Positions 12,103-24,829 of a stretch of DNA of 64,000 bases are shown one piece after another. The notes under the pieces are model-generated. The model was not told the origin of the DNA. It made no database searches and saw nothing but the letters and a program-made list of their open reading frames with translations. The DNA is from Mobula hypostoma (lineage: Eukaryota): positions 77,068,001 through 77,132,000 of the forward strand of contig NC_086108.1 in the NCBI RefSeq assembly GCF_963921235.1, read 5' to 3'. Every line of letters begins with the position of its first letter. Position 1 is the stretch's first letter. Position numbers and translations under genes: made by a program.

Positions 12103-12402
12103 TTGTGTGACCCTACCAGGGATAGGGTTCCTCTTGTCCTCACCTACCACCCTACCAGCCTCCATGTCCAGCAGATAGTTCTCCGCAACTTCTGCCATCT
12201 CAAATGGGATCCCACCACCAAGCACATCTTTCCCTCACCCACTTTCTGTTCCCTACATGACTCCTTTTCCCTTTCATCCCTCACCACTGATCTCCCTCCT
12301 GGCATTTATCCTTCCAAGTGGAACAAGTGCTACACCTGTCCGGACGCCTCATCCCTCACTACCATTCAGGGCCCCAAACAGTCCTTCCAGGTGAGGTGAC
12401 AC
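12103..12402 (+). mobile_element. PLE internal fragment
   Basis: PTRDRVPLVLTYHPTSLHVQQIVLRNFCHLKWDPTTKHIFPS closely matches the PLE ORF 1812-2618. Confidence 0.9.
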
Positions 12403-12460
12403 CTGGAAAGACTGTAAGCAATTTTGGACCTGGGGAATGAAAGGGTTAAAGTATTTGGAG

Positions 12461-12685
12461 CAATATGTACAAACTGCTGGAGTAACTCAAAGGCCAGGGA
12501 GCATCTATGGTAAAGGGTAAACAGTCGACGTTTTGGGCTGAGACCCTTCACCAGTCCCGATGAAGGGTCTCAGCTTGAAATGGCTACTGTTTACTCTTTT
12601 ACATAGATGCTCCCTGATCTGCTGAGTTTCTCAGCATTTTGTGTGTATTGTTTTGACTACCAGCATCTGCAGTTCTTTTGTTTGT
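12461..12685. mobile_element. Fold-back (inverted pair) of PLE terminal units with two decayed HHR motifs
   Basis: 12461-12551 is the approximate reverse complement of ~12558-12650 (gagacccttca / tgaagggtctc; gggagcatctatg / catagatgctccc). Confidence 0.85.
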
Positions 12686-13140
12686 AACGTATGAGAGCGT
12701 TTGATGGCTCTGAAACTGTACTTTCAGGAGTTTAGAAGACTGAGGAGGAATCTCATCCCATAGAAACCTACTAAATATTGATAGGTCTAGATAGAGTGGA
12801 TGTGAAGAGGTGCTTCCTGTAGTGAGGGAATCTAGAACCAGACACACAGACTCAGAGTACAAAGGCTTCCCTTTAGAACAGAGATGAAGAGGAGGGAATT
12901 TCTTTAGCCAAAGGATGGTGAATCTATTGAATTCATTGCCACAGATGGCTGTGGAGGCCGAGTCATTGGATATATTTAAAACAGAGTTGATAGCTCTTGA
13001 ACAGTAAGGTCATCAAAAGTTACAGAGAAAAGGCAGGAGGATGGGGTTGAGAGGGATAATAAATCAGCCATGGTGAAATCGTGAATAAGATTCAATGAGC
13101 CAAATTGCCTAATTCTGTTTCAGTACCTTATGGTCTTATG
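12686..13140 (+). mobile_element. CR1 LINE 3' fragment with tail
   Basis: tatgagagcgtttgatggctctg... ending in ccttatggtcttatg. Same family as 14346-15963. Confidence 0.85.
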
Positions 13141-13789
13141 TTACGGTGAACTGAAGGATCATAAGGCATCCACTAATTCCACAGCAGTTGCCAGACTAGC
13201 TAACTCTCAGTGGCGATATTCACTCCATGAAGATGGCATTCCTCTTCTGCATTGCTGTTCCAGAGGAGTTCACAGCTACATTCTTGTTCTTTAAACTGAA
13301 GTGTCTCACTCAGTGCAGCAATATTGACGTCTGGGTTCTTAAGTAATGAATACAGAGCAGCATACCAGTCTGTTGGTATTGTCCGAGGGAGTCCTCACAT
13401 TCCAGGTCTCAAATTTCATAATGTGCAGAGGAAGTTGCCCATGCATGCTTTCTTTATATGTGGGGTAAACATTGCACATGAGCTAACACACAGTGTTCAC
13501 AGATCAAGGTTTTGACCCAATAGTAAGGAAGCCCATGATGGCAGGAGACCAGGCATGGTTATTACTCATACATAAAGGTGGGATCACATCCCAGGCACCT
13601 TCCCTATGTATGCACTCACTTCTTCATATTCGGCTTTGGGCACAGGAACTTTTAACCTCTTGCCTCCATTCCTGTTTCTCATCTGGTTACCAATTCCTGA
13701 CCCCAGAACATACCAGGTCCCTATGCTAGTCTTTATGTACAGCTGCACACTTGGTTTATGTTTCCCATCTCCCCATCTCTGATACTAGC

Positions 13790-14345
13790 TGCATCTAAAA
13801 CTTATGGTGTTCTGGACACCAATAATGCCTTCTATGTTTCTGAGACATGGACTACTTACAGAAGTACCTCAATGCATTGGTGGCGGGGGGGGGGGGGGGC
13901 GGGGAGTCACAAATTCTGTCTCCACAAATGCTCCAAGGAGGGATAAGCAAAACCATTCTTGACCCCCTCCCAGATCAACATCCACAGAATTGAGGCCCTA
14001 AGCACTCTCAGTCAGCTATGTTGGGCAGGTCACATTATTCAAATGCCTAACATCAACCTCCCAAAACAGACACTCTATTAAAAGGTGAGATTGCTAAGTG
14101 GATAGATAAAAAGGTTCAAGAATGTGTTAAATCTTACTTGAAAATGTGCAACATTTCCAATAACCCCAAAGGACCACTGGCCTATGTTCACTCAAGTGGA
14201 GAAGGGACAATCGGGCTTTGAGAAAGATTATTGAGGACTTCAAGACCATGTATTGGGAACAAACTGATGCTTTGCATTGGTGGCAGAAGGAATAAATAAC
14301 CTCACAAATTGTCCACCCTCGTCCCACTAGCTTCATCTGTGGAAA
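13790..14345 (+). mobile_element. RTE-clade LINE 3' fragment, decayed
   Basis: YVSETWTTYR and ctatgttgggcaggtcacattattcaaatgcctaacatcaacctcccaaaacag (LCWAGHIIQMPNINLPKQ), matching the RTE motif LRWAGHV.RM...RLPKQ. Confidence 0.65.
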
Positions 14346-15963
14346 ATAAGACCTTAAGATATTGGAGCAGAATTAAGCCATTTGGCCCATTGAGTCTGCT
14401 CTGCCATTTCATCATGGCTGATTCAATTTTCTTCTCAGCCCCAATTTCATGCCTTCTTCCTGTATCCCTTCATGCCCTGACCAATCAAGAATCTATCAAC
14501 TTCTGCCTAAAATATACATAAAGACTTGGCCCCCACAGTTGCCTGTAGCAAAGAATTCCACAGGTTCACCACTGACTGGCTAAAGAAATTCCTTCTCATC
14601 TTCATTCGAAATAGATGCCCCTCTATTCTGAGACTGCGCCTCTGGTATTAGACTCTCCCACTTCTCCACATCCACTCTATTGAGGCCTTTCACCATTTGA
14701 TAGGTTTCAATGAGGTCACCCCTCATTCATCTGAATTCCAGTGAATATAGGCCTAGAGCCATCAAACGCTCTTCATATGACAGGCTATTCAATCCTGGAA
14801 TAATTTTTGTGAACCTCTTTTGAACCCTCTCCAGTTTCAGCACATCCTTTCGAAGATAAGGGGCCAAAATCTGCTCAGAATACTTCAAGTGAGGCCTCAC
14901 CAGTGCTTTATAAAGTCTCAACTTTACATCCTTGCTTTTACATATATTCCAGCTCTTTTGAAATGAATGCTAACATTTCATTTGCCTTCCTCACCATAGA
15001 CTCAACCTGCAAATTAACCTTTAGAGTATCCTGCCACAAGGACTCCCAAGTCCCTTTGCACCTTATTTTTCTTTGCATTTTCGCTCCATTTGGAAAATAG
15101 TCAACCCTCTCATTTCTTTTACCAAAGTGTATGTCTATACACTTCCCAACACTGTATTCCATCTGCTGCTTCTTTGCCCATTCTTCTAATCTGTCTAAGT
15201 TCTTCCGTAGCCTCTCTACTTTTTCAAAAATACCTGCCCCTCCACCTATCTTCATATCATCTGCAAACTTTTCAACAAAGCCATCAATTCCATCATCAAA
15301 ATCATTGACATATAACATAAAAAGAATCAATCCCAACACAGACCCCTGTAGAACAGCACAAGTCATCAGCAGCCAACCAGAAAAGGCTCCCTTTATTCCC
15401 ACTCTTTGCCTCCTGCCAATCAACTACATAAGCCCTGATGAAGAGTCTGAACCCGAAATGTCGACTGCGGTCTTTTCCATAGATGCTGCCTGGCCTGATG
15501 AGTTCCTCCAGCATTTTGTGTGTGTGGTGCTTGGCCTATAGTTTCCTTTCTTCTGCCTTTCTCACTTCTTGAAGAGTGGAGTGACATTTGCAATTTTCCA
15601 ATCTTCCAGAACCGTTCCTGAATCTAGTGATTCATGAAAGATCATTACTAATGCCTCTGCATCTCTTCAGTCACCCTGCTTCAGAACTCTGGGGTGTACA
15701 CCATCTGGTCCAAGTAACTTCAGGCCTTTCCGTTTCCCAAGAACCTTTTCTCTAGTTATGGCAACTTCACACACTTAATGACCCCTGACACCTGGAACTT
15801 CTACCATTCTGCTAGTGTCTTCCACCATGAAGACTGATGCAATATACTTATTCAGTTTGTCTGCCATTTCATTGTTCCCCACTACTCCCTCTCCAGCATT
15901 GTTTTCCTGTGGTCCGATATCCAATCTCGCCTCTCTTTTACACTTTATGTAACCAAAGAAACT
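14346..15963 (-). mobile_element. CR1 LINE fragment (RT and C-terminus), internally deleted
   Basis: ORFs with QGSVLG, KFADD and LYKALVRPHLKY. 3' tail at 14346-14420. Confidence 0.92.
15431..15532 (+). mobile_element. PLE terminal unit beginning at an HHR motif, inside CR1
   Basis: agcc-ctgatga-agagtctgaaccc-gaaa-tg-tc-gact followed by the PLE tail catagatgctgcctggcctg...cagcattttgtgtgtgt. Confidence 0.8.
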
Positions 15964-16359
15964 TGTAGATACATAAAGTCTAAGCGAGAGGTAAAAGTGG
16001 ATGTCAAACCATTGGAAAATGATACTGGAGAGGTAGTAATGTGTGACAATGAAATGTGCTACCTTTGTTCGTGGGTGGCAAGGATAAGCCGATTACAGTT
16101 AAGACTCACTTACAGGGATCATATCACATAAGGTCTGCTGAGTCTAACATCAAAGGCAGGAAAGATATTGGAAAAAATTGTGAAAGACAGGGATATTTAA
16201 TTTACCTTTGTTAGAAGGAGTGTCCAAAAGGCAGTACTTACATGGACTTGAGTAAGGAATTTGATGTCCCACAGAGGAGACTGGTCCAAGAAGTTAAAGC
16301 TGATAGCATCCAAAAATGACAAATTAGTTCTAAGATTGGCTTATTAATAGGAGGCACAG

Positions 16360-16692
16360 TTACATCACTCCCCATCAAGAAGGACATCTCCAAGAAGCAG
16401 TGCCTCAAGAAGGAGGTATTTTTTATTGAGGACCATCACCATCTGGGACATGGCCTCTTCTTGTTACCAGTATCACCTGAAGGTCCATACTCAATAATTT
16501 AGGAATAGCTTCTTCCCCTCTGCCATCAGATTTCTAAATGGTCTATGAATGCATGAACACTACCTCATTATTCCTCTTTTACACTATTTTTGTAACTTAG
16601 AGTTGTTTTAATGTCTCACACTGTACTGTTGCTGCAAAAAAACACGTTTCATACCATACATCAGTGTAATTAAAACTGATTGAGATTCTGTT
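16360..16692 (+). mobile_element. Rex1/Babar LINE 3' fragment
   Basis: gaggaccatcaccatctgggacatggcctcttc...aggaatagcttcttcccctctgccatcaga (D.HH.GH.LF...RNSFFPSAIR). Confidence 0.7.
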
Positions 16693-16859
16693 CTGTTTTA
16701 GTGATTGAAAGCTGGGGCCAGTGGTGATAGATTCTTACCAGTTATTATATACATGCATTAATGATATGGATGCGAATGTGGGAGTATAATTAGTAACTTT
16801 AGAAGTGGCACAAAAATTCATGGTATGATTATCAACAGGGTAGACTTAGGCCAACTTAT

Positions 16860-17688
16860 GTACAGGAAGGAGATGGAGAGCTTATAAACATGGTGTCATG
16901 ACAACAACCTTTTCCTCAATTTCAGCAAAACACAGGAACTCGTCATTGACTTCAGAGAGTGGAGCAATGTCTTCATCAACAGCGTTGAGCTTCCGGTTCG
17001 TAGGTGTGAACATCATCAACAGCCTTTCCTGGTCCAACACTTTGATGTCAGGGCCAAGAAATCTCACCATTGCTCGACTTCCTCAAAAGGCTAAAGAAAT
17101 TCAGCATATCCTCCTTTTCTCTTAGCAATTGTTACTGATGCACCACAGAAAATATCCTGTTTGGGTGCTTAATGATTTGACATAGCAACTGCTCTGCATG
17201 TGACCACAAGAAACTGCAGAGAGTTGTGGACACAGCTCAGCACATCGCAAGAATCAGCATGTCCTCTACAGACTCTGTCTATACTTTCACTGCCTCAGTA
17301 AAGCAGCCAGCATAATCAAAGATCCCACTCACCCTGATATTCTTTCTTCTCCCCTCTCCCATAGGGCAGAAGATACAAAATTCAGAAAGCATGTACCACT
17401 AGGCTCAAGGACAGATGCTATCCTATGTTATCAGACTCTTCTTCGGACCACATGGATGACAAGGTGGACTCTTGGCCTCACAATTAACCTCATTATAATC
17501 TTGCACTTTGTCGTTTCCCTGCACTGCACTCTTTCAGTAAATCTTATACTTCAATCTGCATTGTAATTGTTTTACACTTTTCTAACTCAATGCGCTGTGT
17601 AATGATTTGTTCTGTAGAAACAGTATGCAACACAAGCTTCCCGCTGTATCTTGATACACCATGACAATAATAAACCAATACCAATACA
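16860..17688 (+). mobile_element. Rex1/Babar LINE 3' fragment
   Basis: tggtgtcatgacaacaacctt...aaaacacaggaactcgtcattgacttcag (WCHDNNL...KTQELVIDF). Tail aataaaccaataccaatac. Confidence 0.8.
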
Positions 17689-20226
17689 TAGGTAAGTTGG
17701 TAAAATGGGTAGTGCACTCGTCGGTGTTATTTAATCCAGGTAAGTTTGGGGTCATGCACGTTGGGAAGGCTAACAAACTTGGATTGAAGTGATGGGGTAA
17801 TAGGAATATTGAAGAACAAAAGGTCCTTGTTTAACAAGTCCTAGGATTCACAAAAATAAAACAGGGAGACAAAATGGAGAAGGAGATAAACAGGCTATTC
17901 GCCTTCATTAGATAGGGCATAGAATGGTACTTCATAAAACATTATTCAGGCCACAGCTAGAGAAATTCTGTCAGCACAGCTAAAGAAAGGATGTGATTTC
18001 TCCAGAGAGGGAGCTGAGAAAATAAACCAGGAACGATGTGATTAAACTGAAAAGGGTGAAAAGGAGATTTACAAGGATGTTGCCAGGACTCTGGGGACTG
18101 AGTTATAAGGAGAGATTGGACAGACTGGGCTTTTACTCCATGGAATATAGGAGACTGATGGGGAATCTTATCAAAGGATATAAAATCATGCCGGGCATAG
18201 GTAGGGCAAGCAACCTTTTTTTTCCCCAGAGGACATATATTTAAGGTTAGAGGTGAAAGGGTTTAATGAAGAGCCTGGGGAGCAACATCTTACACAGCAG
18301 GTAGCAGTTGTGTGGAATCACAGGAGGTGCTTGAGACAGGGTGCACGTGATACATTGAAGTATATGGACAGGCATGGATTACAAGAGTTTGCAGCGGTGA
18401 TTCCCAGTGGGGTGGTTCCGTGTCCTAAAGAGGAGTTAGGGGAGATAGTCAAGGTTCTTAGGGGACGACAAGCAGCACATTTACTTGAGGTACGAGACCT
18501 GACCGTTACTACAGCAGGTACTTGCAAAAAAACAAGGATGAGGCACTGGAACACAGAAAGAACTATAGCTCTACTCATCGTCACAATGCATCTGAAACTC
18601 GACAGTCTCATCCGAACCTTACCAACCAAATAGACATTATTGAGATACATAAATCGGCAACCAGGGCCCCCTTGACTCATGGCACGGAACAAGTTCATGC
18701 AATTTAACAAATGGTAAGTCAAGTACACCCTCTCAGCTGTCTCTACAGATCTACAGAAAACAGGTCACAGAACAATACAGTGCTGGCGGGAACCGAAAGG
18801 TGAAATAGCGCCAATCAGGGAAATTGCTGACCCCTAGGATTCCTCTTGAGGTGTTCAAAGTGACCTCGGCTTCATATGCACGGTTAAGAATCATCTTCGG
18901 GAATTATGAGACCTACGTGAGTGGTCAATTGCGCTAGCTGGAATAGTATAAAGATAGCTTGCTGAACACCAGCTCTATCCCGACTAACACTCAGGTTTCA
19001 GTCTGAATCCTTGTCAACGTAATTTTCACAGTTGTGATCGTCTTCATCTTTGCCTTGCTGTTCCTTTGCATGCCGCTACCATCGTTCCATCCGTGTCAAT
19101 ACGCTGCCATCGTCAACATCTGATCGGCATTCCCAGTTTGTGTTTTTTAAAAATTTTAATTTAGTTCCTTTAATAATGGATATATATGTAGGGTGTGATC
19201 TCTATGAGTCTGAAGGCGGTGAAGCCTTGAATTCTAATCCTGCTAAGAAACAAAACTACAGGAAGTGCCTCAATACAATGTTACTTACCTGGAGTATGGT
19301 TTTATTCCGTTCCCGTCAGATCAGCGACGCCTCATGTTTCTTGTTTATAATACTGTACTGTCTAATGAAGCCACGAAACCATCAAGGTTGCAGGAACAGA
19401 TTCCCTGAAAAGACCACTTATGGTATTGCTCAGTTCCAGATGAAAGAAGCATTTGAAAAGCGTTGCGCACTCGTCATTTGCCAAGAAAGCTAAAAATGAC
19501 CTTGATAGCGGTCTCATTGCTTCTTATAGCATTTCCAAAATCATAACAAAGTGTGGAAAATCTCATACAACTGGTGAAAGATTAATAATGCCTGCTGTAT
19601 CAGAAGTGCTCACCACTGTTCTCAAAATGGACACCAGTATTTTATAATCAATTCCTCCGAGTAGTAACTCTGGTAGCTCATCATATTGACGAAATGAGTG
19701 AAGACATTAAGTATGTCTATTCACAGAGCTACAAAAAACAGAATTTGGGATACAATTCGATGAGTCAACTGTGCCAGACAACAAGGCATTGCTAATGGCA
19801 TATGTACAGTTTATCAAAAATGGGAAAGTTTATGAAGAGATTCACTTTTGTAAAAAGTTAAAAACAAATATCAATGGAGAATCAATCTATGATGAACTCA
19901 AAATGTATATTGAGGATAAAATTATTCCAAATAGGAACATGATTTCTTGTGCAACAGATGCAGCACCAAGGTCACCATGCTGGTTTAGTGGCATTTATGA
20001 AAAAAGAAATTCCAAGTATGTTTGCAATCCATTGTGTGATTTATCATCAACATCTCACAGCCAAAAACCTTAGTGACTTTTTTCAAATGTGACTCTTGTA
20101 ATATCTGTTATCAACAAAATTAAAGCTCATCCATTAAATAGCAGAATATTTTCCCAGTTATGCCTAGATAATGATGAAGAGTTTGAACACTTGCTTCTTC
20201 ACACTGAAGTGTGATGGCTGTCAAAA

Positions 20227-20448
20227 GTCATAGTCATAGTCATAGTCATACTTTATTGATCCCGGGGGAAATTGGTTTTCATTACAGTTGCACCATAAAT
20301 AATTAAATAGTAATAAAACCATAAATAATTAAATAGTAATATGTAAATTATGCCAGGAAATAAGTCCAGGACCAGCCTATTGGCTCAGGATGTCTGACCC
20401 TCCAAGGGAGGAGTTGTAAAGTTTGATGGCCACAGGCAGGAATGACTT
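20227..20448 (-). mobile_element. Rex1/Babar 3' end with microsatellite tail, nested in the hAT transposase
   Basis: (gtcata)4 tail. Minus strand reads KSFLPVAIKLYNSS. Contains a 26-bp-period duplication accataaataattaaatagtaata. Confidence 0.75.
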
Positions 20449-21120
20449 AACACATTTCTTCAATCTTTGTGACACTGTGGTTGAATTTTTACTCAAAGTC
20501 CACAAGAGTTTGGGAAACATGATTAAATTTCTATGTGGAGATGTGGCACACCTAGTCAATCTGTATGAATAAAGAGAATATTCTAGATGTGAAACTATAA
20601 GGTGAAAATTTCAATTTAATCCAGGCAAAAAGTGTAGTGTCCAGTTTTATTGAAAAATTGGAAATGTGTAAGCAAAACATTTGGAGAAGAATGTTCTCAC
20701 AATTACCCTGCAGCTAAAGTATGGAACTCTCTTTCACAGATGGTGATTTGCAAGAGTACTGCTTACACCTACAGTCCCTGAAGAAGGATTTTCAGAATCG
20801 ATTAAGGACTTGAACGATCTAGAAATTCTGCACTTCTTTGCAAGGTGGAAGAACAGGAACAGAGCTTGCAAGAAGAAATGATCAAAATTCAGAATAATGA
20901 AGAAGCAAAAATGCTTTTCAAGATTGTTGGCTTTTGTGGTATGTGGCTGCGCTGTCATATGAGGTTTTCTGATCTTTGGAGAAGAGCCAAACTGCTCTTC
21001 ATTGCATTTCCATCCTCCTACCTTACTGAAAGGGCTTTAGTGCAGTGAACCACATACTCACAAAAAACAAAAACCACTTGGACATTGTTACACATGGGGA
21101 CTTATGTCTTTTGCTGTCAC

Positions 21121-21795
21121 TAAAAGTGGCGTCACAGGTAGATAGGGTCGTAAAGAGAGTTTTTGGTACATTGGCCTTTATTAATCAAAGTATTGAGTAT
21201 AAGAGCTGGAATGTTATGATGAGGTTGTATAAGGCATTGGTGAGGCCGAATCTGGAGTATTGTGTTCAGTTTTGGTCACCAAATTACAGGAGGGATATAA
21301 ATAAGGTTGAAAGGGTACAGAGAAGGTTTACAAGGTTGTTGCCGGGACTTGAGAAACTCAGTTACAGAGAAAGGTTGAATAGGTTAGGACTTTATTCCCT
21401 GGAGCGTAGAAGAATGAGGGGAGATTTGATAGAGGTATATAAAATTATGACCGGTATAGATAGAGTGAATGCAAGCAGGCTTTTTCCACTGAGGCAAGGG
21501 GAGAAAAAAACCAGAGGACATGGGTTAAGGGTGAGGGGGGAAAAGTTTAAAGGGAACATTAGTGGGGGCTTCTTCACACAGAGAGTGGTGGGAGAATGGA
21601 ATGAGCTGCCAGATGAGGTGGTAAACGTGGGTTCTTTTTTAACATTTAAGAATAAATTGGACAGATACATGGATGGGAGGTGTATGGAGGGATATGGTCT
21701 GTGTGCAGGTCAGTGGGACTAGGCAGAAAATGGTTCGGCACAGCCAAGAAGGGCCAAAAGGCCTGTTTCTGTGCTGTAGTTTCTATGGTTCTATG
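21121..21795 (+). mobile_element. Young CR1 3' fragment nested in hAT
   Basis: Open ORF2 C-terminus (LYKALVRPNLEYCVQFWSP...GFFTQRVVGEWNELP). Tail ttctatggttctatg. gtcac duplicated at 21116-21120 and 21796-21800. Confidence 0.93.
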
Positions 21796-22095
21796 GTCAC
21801 AACTTGAACTCTTGCTAAAACCCATCAAGCTCAAGGATCACATTGATATCAAAGCTGCTGTACAGTGCACAGGTACTGTTTTTTTCTATGCTTAAAGACA
21901 AATCAGAATTTAAAGCAGAATCATTTTTCTCATGTTAGCATATGGAAGACATACATTTACACTATGGGGGGGTGCCAGAAAGTATATTGTGTCTAAGAGG
22001 GGTGTTGGCAAGTGTAAGGATGCTTTAGGGGGGCATTGGCAAATATTAAAGTGCTTTATGGGGGTGTTGGGCTAAAAAAGGGGTTGGGAAACACT

Positions 22096-22150
22096 CGAAA
22101 CGTCGACTCATCGTTTCCACTGATAGCCCGACCTGCTGAGTTCATCCAGT
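22096..22150 (+). mobile_element. PLE terminal fragment carrying the 3' half of the HHR
   Basis: cgaaacgtcgact...gacctgctgagttcatccag, directly abutting the hAT right TIR. Confidence 0.6.
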
Positions 22151-22859
22151 GTACTGTAAGGGAAATACTGGTGTAGAGAAATGTGGACTGAGTCCTGAGA
22201 AGTAGGATTAACTTAAATATACTTCTGGGTTGACATGGACCACAATAGGTCAAAGGGTCTTTATCCATGTTCTACAATTCTATGATTCTTTGTGGCCTGG
22301 GATGGTGAAACTTGTGTCCAATGCAGAGGTGCTTCAAATCATAAGGCATAGGTTTAAGGTAAAGAGTGCGAAGGCTGTGGAAGGGAAGGGGAAGGAAATC
22401 TGAGGAAGCCTCCCGCCCCCACCACTATACCAGACAGTGATGCATCCAGTTAGAATGCTCTCCACAAAACACCTGTTTTGAGTGGATAAAATTTATAGAA
22501 TTTGGGCACCCTGTTTAAAGGGCTGGTGGAGGCAGAGACGCTGACAACATTTAAGAAGAATCTGAACAAGCACTTGAATTGCCAAGGCATTCAGTATAAA
22601 AGCTATGGGGCCACTGCTGCTACATGGGAAGGTTATAATTGTGTACTTGATGATCAAGAGCCTGTTTCTCTAAGACGCTGTGACTCTGTGGTTCCCACCA
22701 TGGCTGCATTAGCCACACATCCTGAGTGGAAGCACATCATTCTAGATCTCAAGAGGTTTCGTAAGACTATCCTTCCATCCTTCTTTCTGTGTTATACCAA
22801 TATAGGAAAGGCCACCATTTTAATTCTTGATCAATATGAAAACTGGTGATCTTTATTAT

Positions 22860-23612
22860 CAGTTGTGCACTGCTTATCTGAAATTCCAAAATCTGAAAAC
22901 CTCCGACATCTGAAATTTTTTTGAGTGCTGACATAATGTCACAAATGGAAAATTGCCCAAGGTACTGGGAAGGTTCCCAGGTGTTGTGCTGGTCTCTGCA
23001 CACCACAGACAGTCTATGTAATAAACAGAAGTTGATGAAAAGCAGAGAAACACTGCATAAAGTGAACAATGAAAATCTCCATTTTGTATTGAAAGCTGAT
23101 CATGAAACAAGTTAAGGTCTATCTCGATGTACTAAAAATCAAAGGAAATTGTGATAATTCAGCAGAAATTTAAGAAAAGGTATGGCATTAAATTTTTAAA
23201 GATTTATGGTGATAACACATCTGCTGTTTGCGAACAGAACAGAAATTCATTGATGAATAGGCCAAGATCGTCACCGATGAAAATCTAACATGCTGAATGG
23301 CTGCATCAGTACATATGTGTGATAAACAAGTGTTAGACTAAGACTGCTTACCGGTAGCACATAAATTCAGAGTCAGGAATGACAGCAATACCAAACAGCC
23401 ACTGGGCGGATGAGGTAGTGATAGCTATTAAAATTATTTATAGAACTACCTTCAGGTTATATGTATATATAACATAAATGGTTTTCATGTTTAGTCTTGT
23501 GTCCCACCCCAGTTATCTCACTATATAGGTGCAAACATTCCAAAATCTAAAGACATCCAAAATGCGAAACACTTCCAGCCCCAAGCATTTCAGACAATGG
23601 ATGCTCAGCCTA
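22860..23612 (+). mobile_element. Non-autonomous Tigger/pogo-type element (Tigger4/Zombi-like)
   Basis: Imperfect TIRs cagttgtgcactgcttatctgaaat ... atttcagacaatggatgctcagccta, with subterminal ttccaaaatc repeats at both ends. Confidence 0.75.
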
Positions 23613-24829
23613 TATTTGTATGCGGCTAGTTTTACGCTGATCACTTGGAAACTGATATTTTCTGCTGGGACTTCCATTGCAGGCAACAAAGCAAGTCCCT
23701 CAAGTCTAGAATAAAGATGGAGAAAGTTGCTCCTTTTCTCTAGGGATGGGAAAAAAATCTATTTGTATATTTTGACAGTAAAGGAAAGAAGGACAAGCCT
23801 TTCTTGCCACCTGTTGGCAATAGGAGACATAACAAACACATTGCACCAGTACTGAAATACTTGCTCTCAGAACTAAAAATATAATATTGGAAAATAAAAT
23901 TTAATGAGGAATGCTTTGGATAAGATGTATTATTATTGTGGCGCATATTAGAAATGGAAGTTTCCAAATATACCACTTGTGAATGCAGTCTAACAGGAGT
24001 ATGTTTTCAGAATGACAATATGCTAACATTATGGGTACTTGTTTCAATGATTAGGGATATTTCTTAAATAGTTGCGTACAGCACAAAAGTAGACAATTTA
24101 GTCTATTGTGTCTATGCCAGCCAAAGAGGAGTTATTGAAACTAACCCTCAACAGATATACCTCTGGGTTTTCTGGTTCTCTTCGCCTTTCGGGCAGTAAT
24201 TTCCAGCAGGGACTAAGAAAAATAAGCCTCATCTTCACCTCTGTAAACCTAAAATCAATTATCCTTGAATTAGACTTTTTGTTAAGGAAACAAGGTTCTG
24301 CTATTCTTATTATCTGGAGCTCAGACTTTTATCCAGAAATCATTGATAGTGTTGCTGTGCTGAACTTGGATTAAAACCCCTCGAGGTCTGTCAACAACTT
24401 CCATTTTCAATACAGACTACAAGGCCATTTATCTTTCCCAGCGGTGTGTCATTTAGTATTTTCAGTACAACAAAGATCATACACTTGAATTTGTGCTTCT
24501 ACTTCGACATTTTAAACTACTGTTACTTTCTCTTCAGGCATTGTGGTCCATCTAAAATAATTAAGTTAAACAGAGTGACAACAGGCCAGATGTGCTGAAT
24601 GCCAGTAATCTCACTACACTTGCTGTGCTACTTCAGGTGAAAAACAAGTTGTGTGATTTACCCCGATGGTTGTCACCCCCTTTTAAGAACCATCACATGG
24701 AAACTGTTCAACGAATATTAAAAACAGGAGTCCGATGTCAGTAATATGCAGCAATGGGAACCTCTTCATTGAAGCATTATTTCTTCAGCAGATTTTCCCC
24801 TCTTTCTCCCCTTTATTATTCCCTTCTCA

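Larger units (their letters stand above)
16140..18385 (+). mobile_element. Old CR1 remnant interrupted by two Rex/Babar fragments
   Basis: CR1-like pieces at ~16140-16355, 16695-16850 and 17690-18385 (VKRRFTRMLPGLWGLSYKERLDRLGFYS). Confidence 0.65.
18395..22095 (+). mobile_element. hAT transposon (Buster/Charlie type), decayed, with nested LINEs
   Basis: Termini cggtgattcccag ... ttgggaaacact. Transposase remnants 19177-21846: YLEYGF, KCGKSHTTGERLIMPA, DEST, CATD, IHCVI, LLFIAFPSSYL, ending HQAQGSH*. Confidence 0.85.

Noticed and set aside
21045..21722. 225-aa ORF as a novel hAT-CR1 fusion protein
   Set aside because: Chance in-frame junction of a decayed transposase tail and a CR1 insertion; the start is not ATG.
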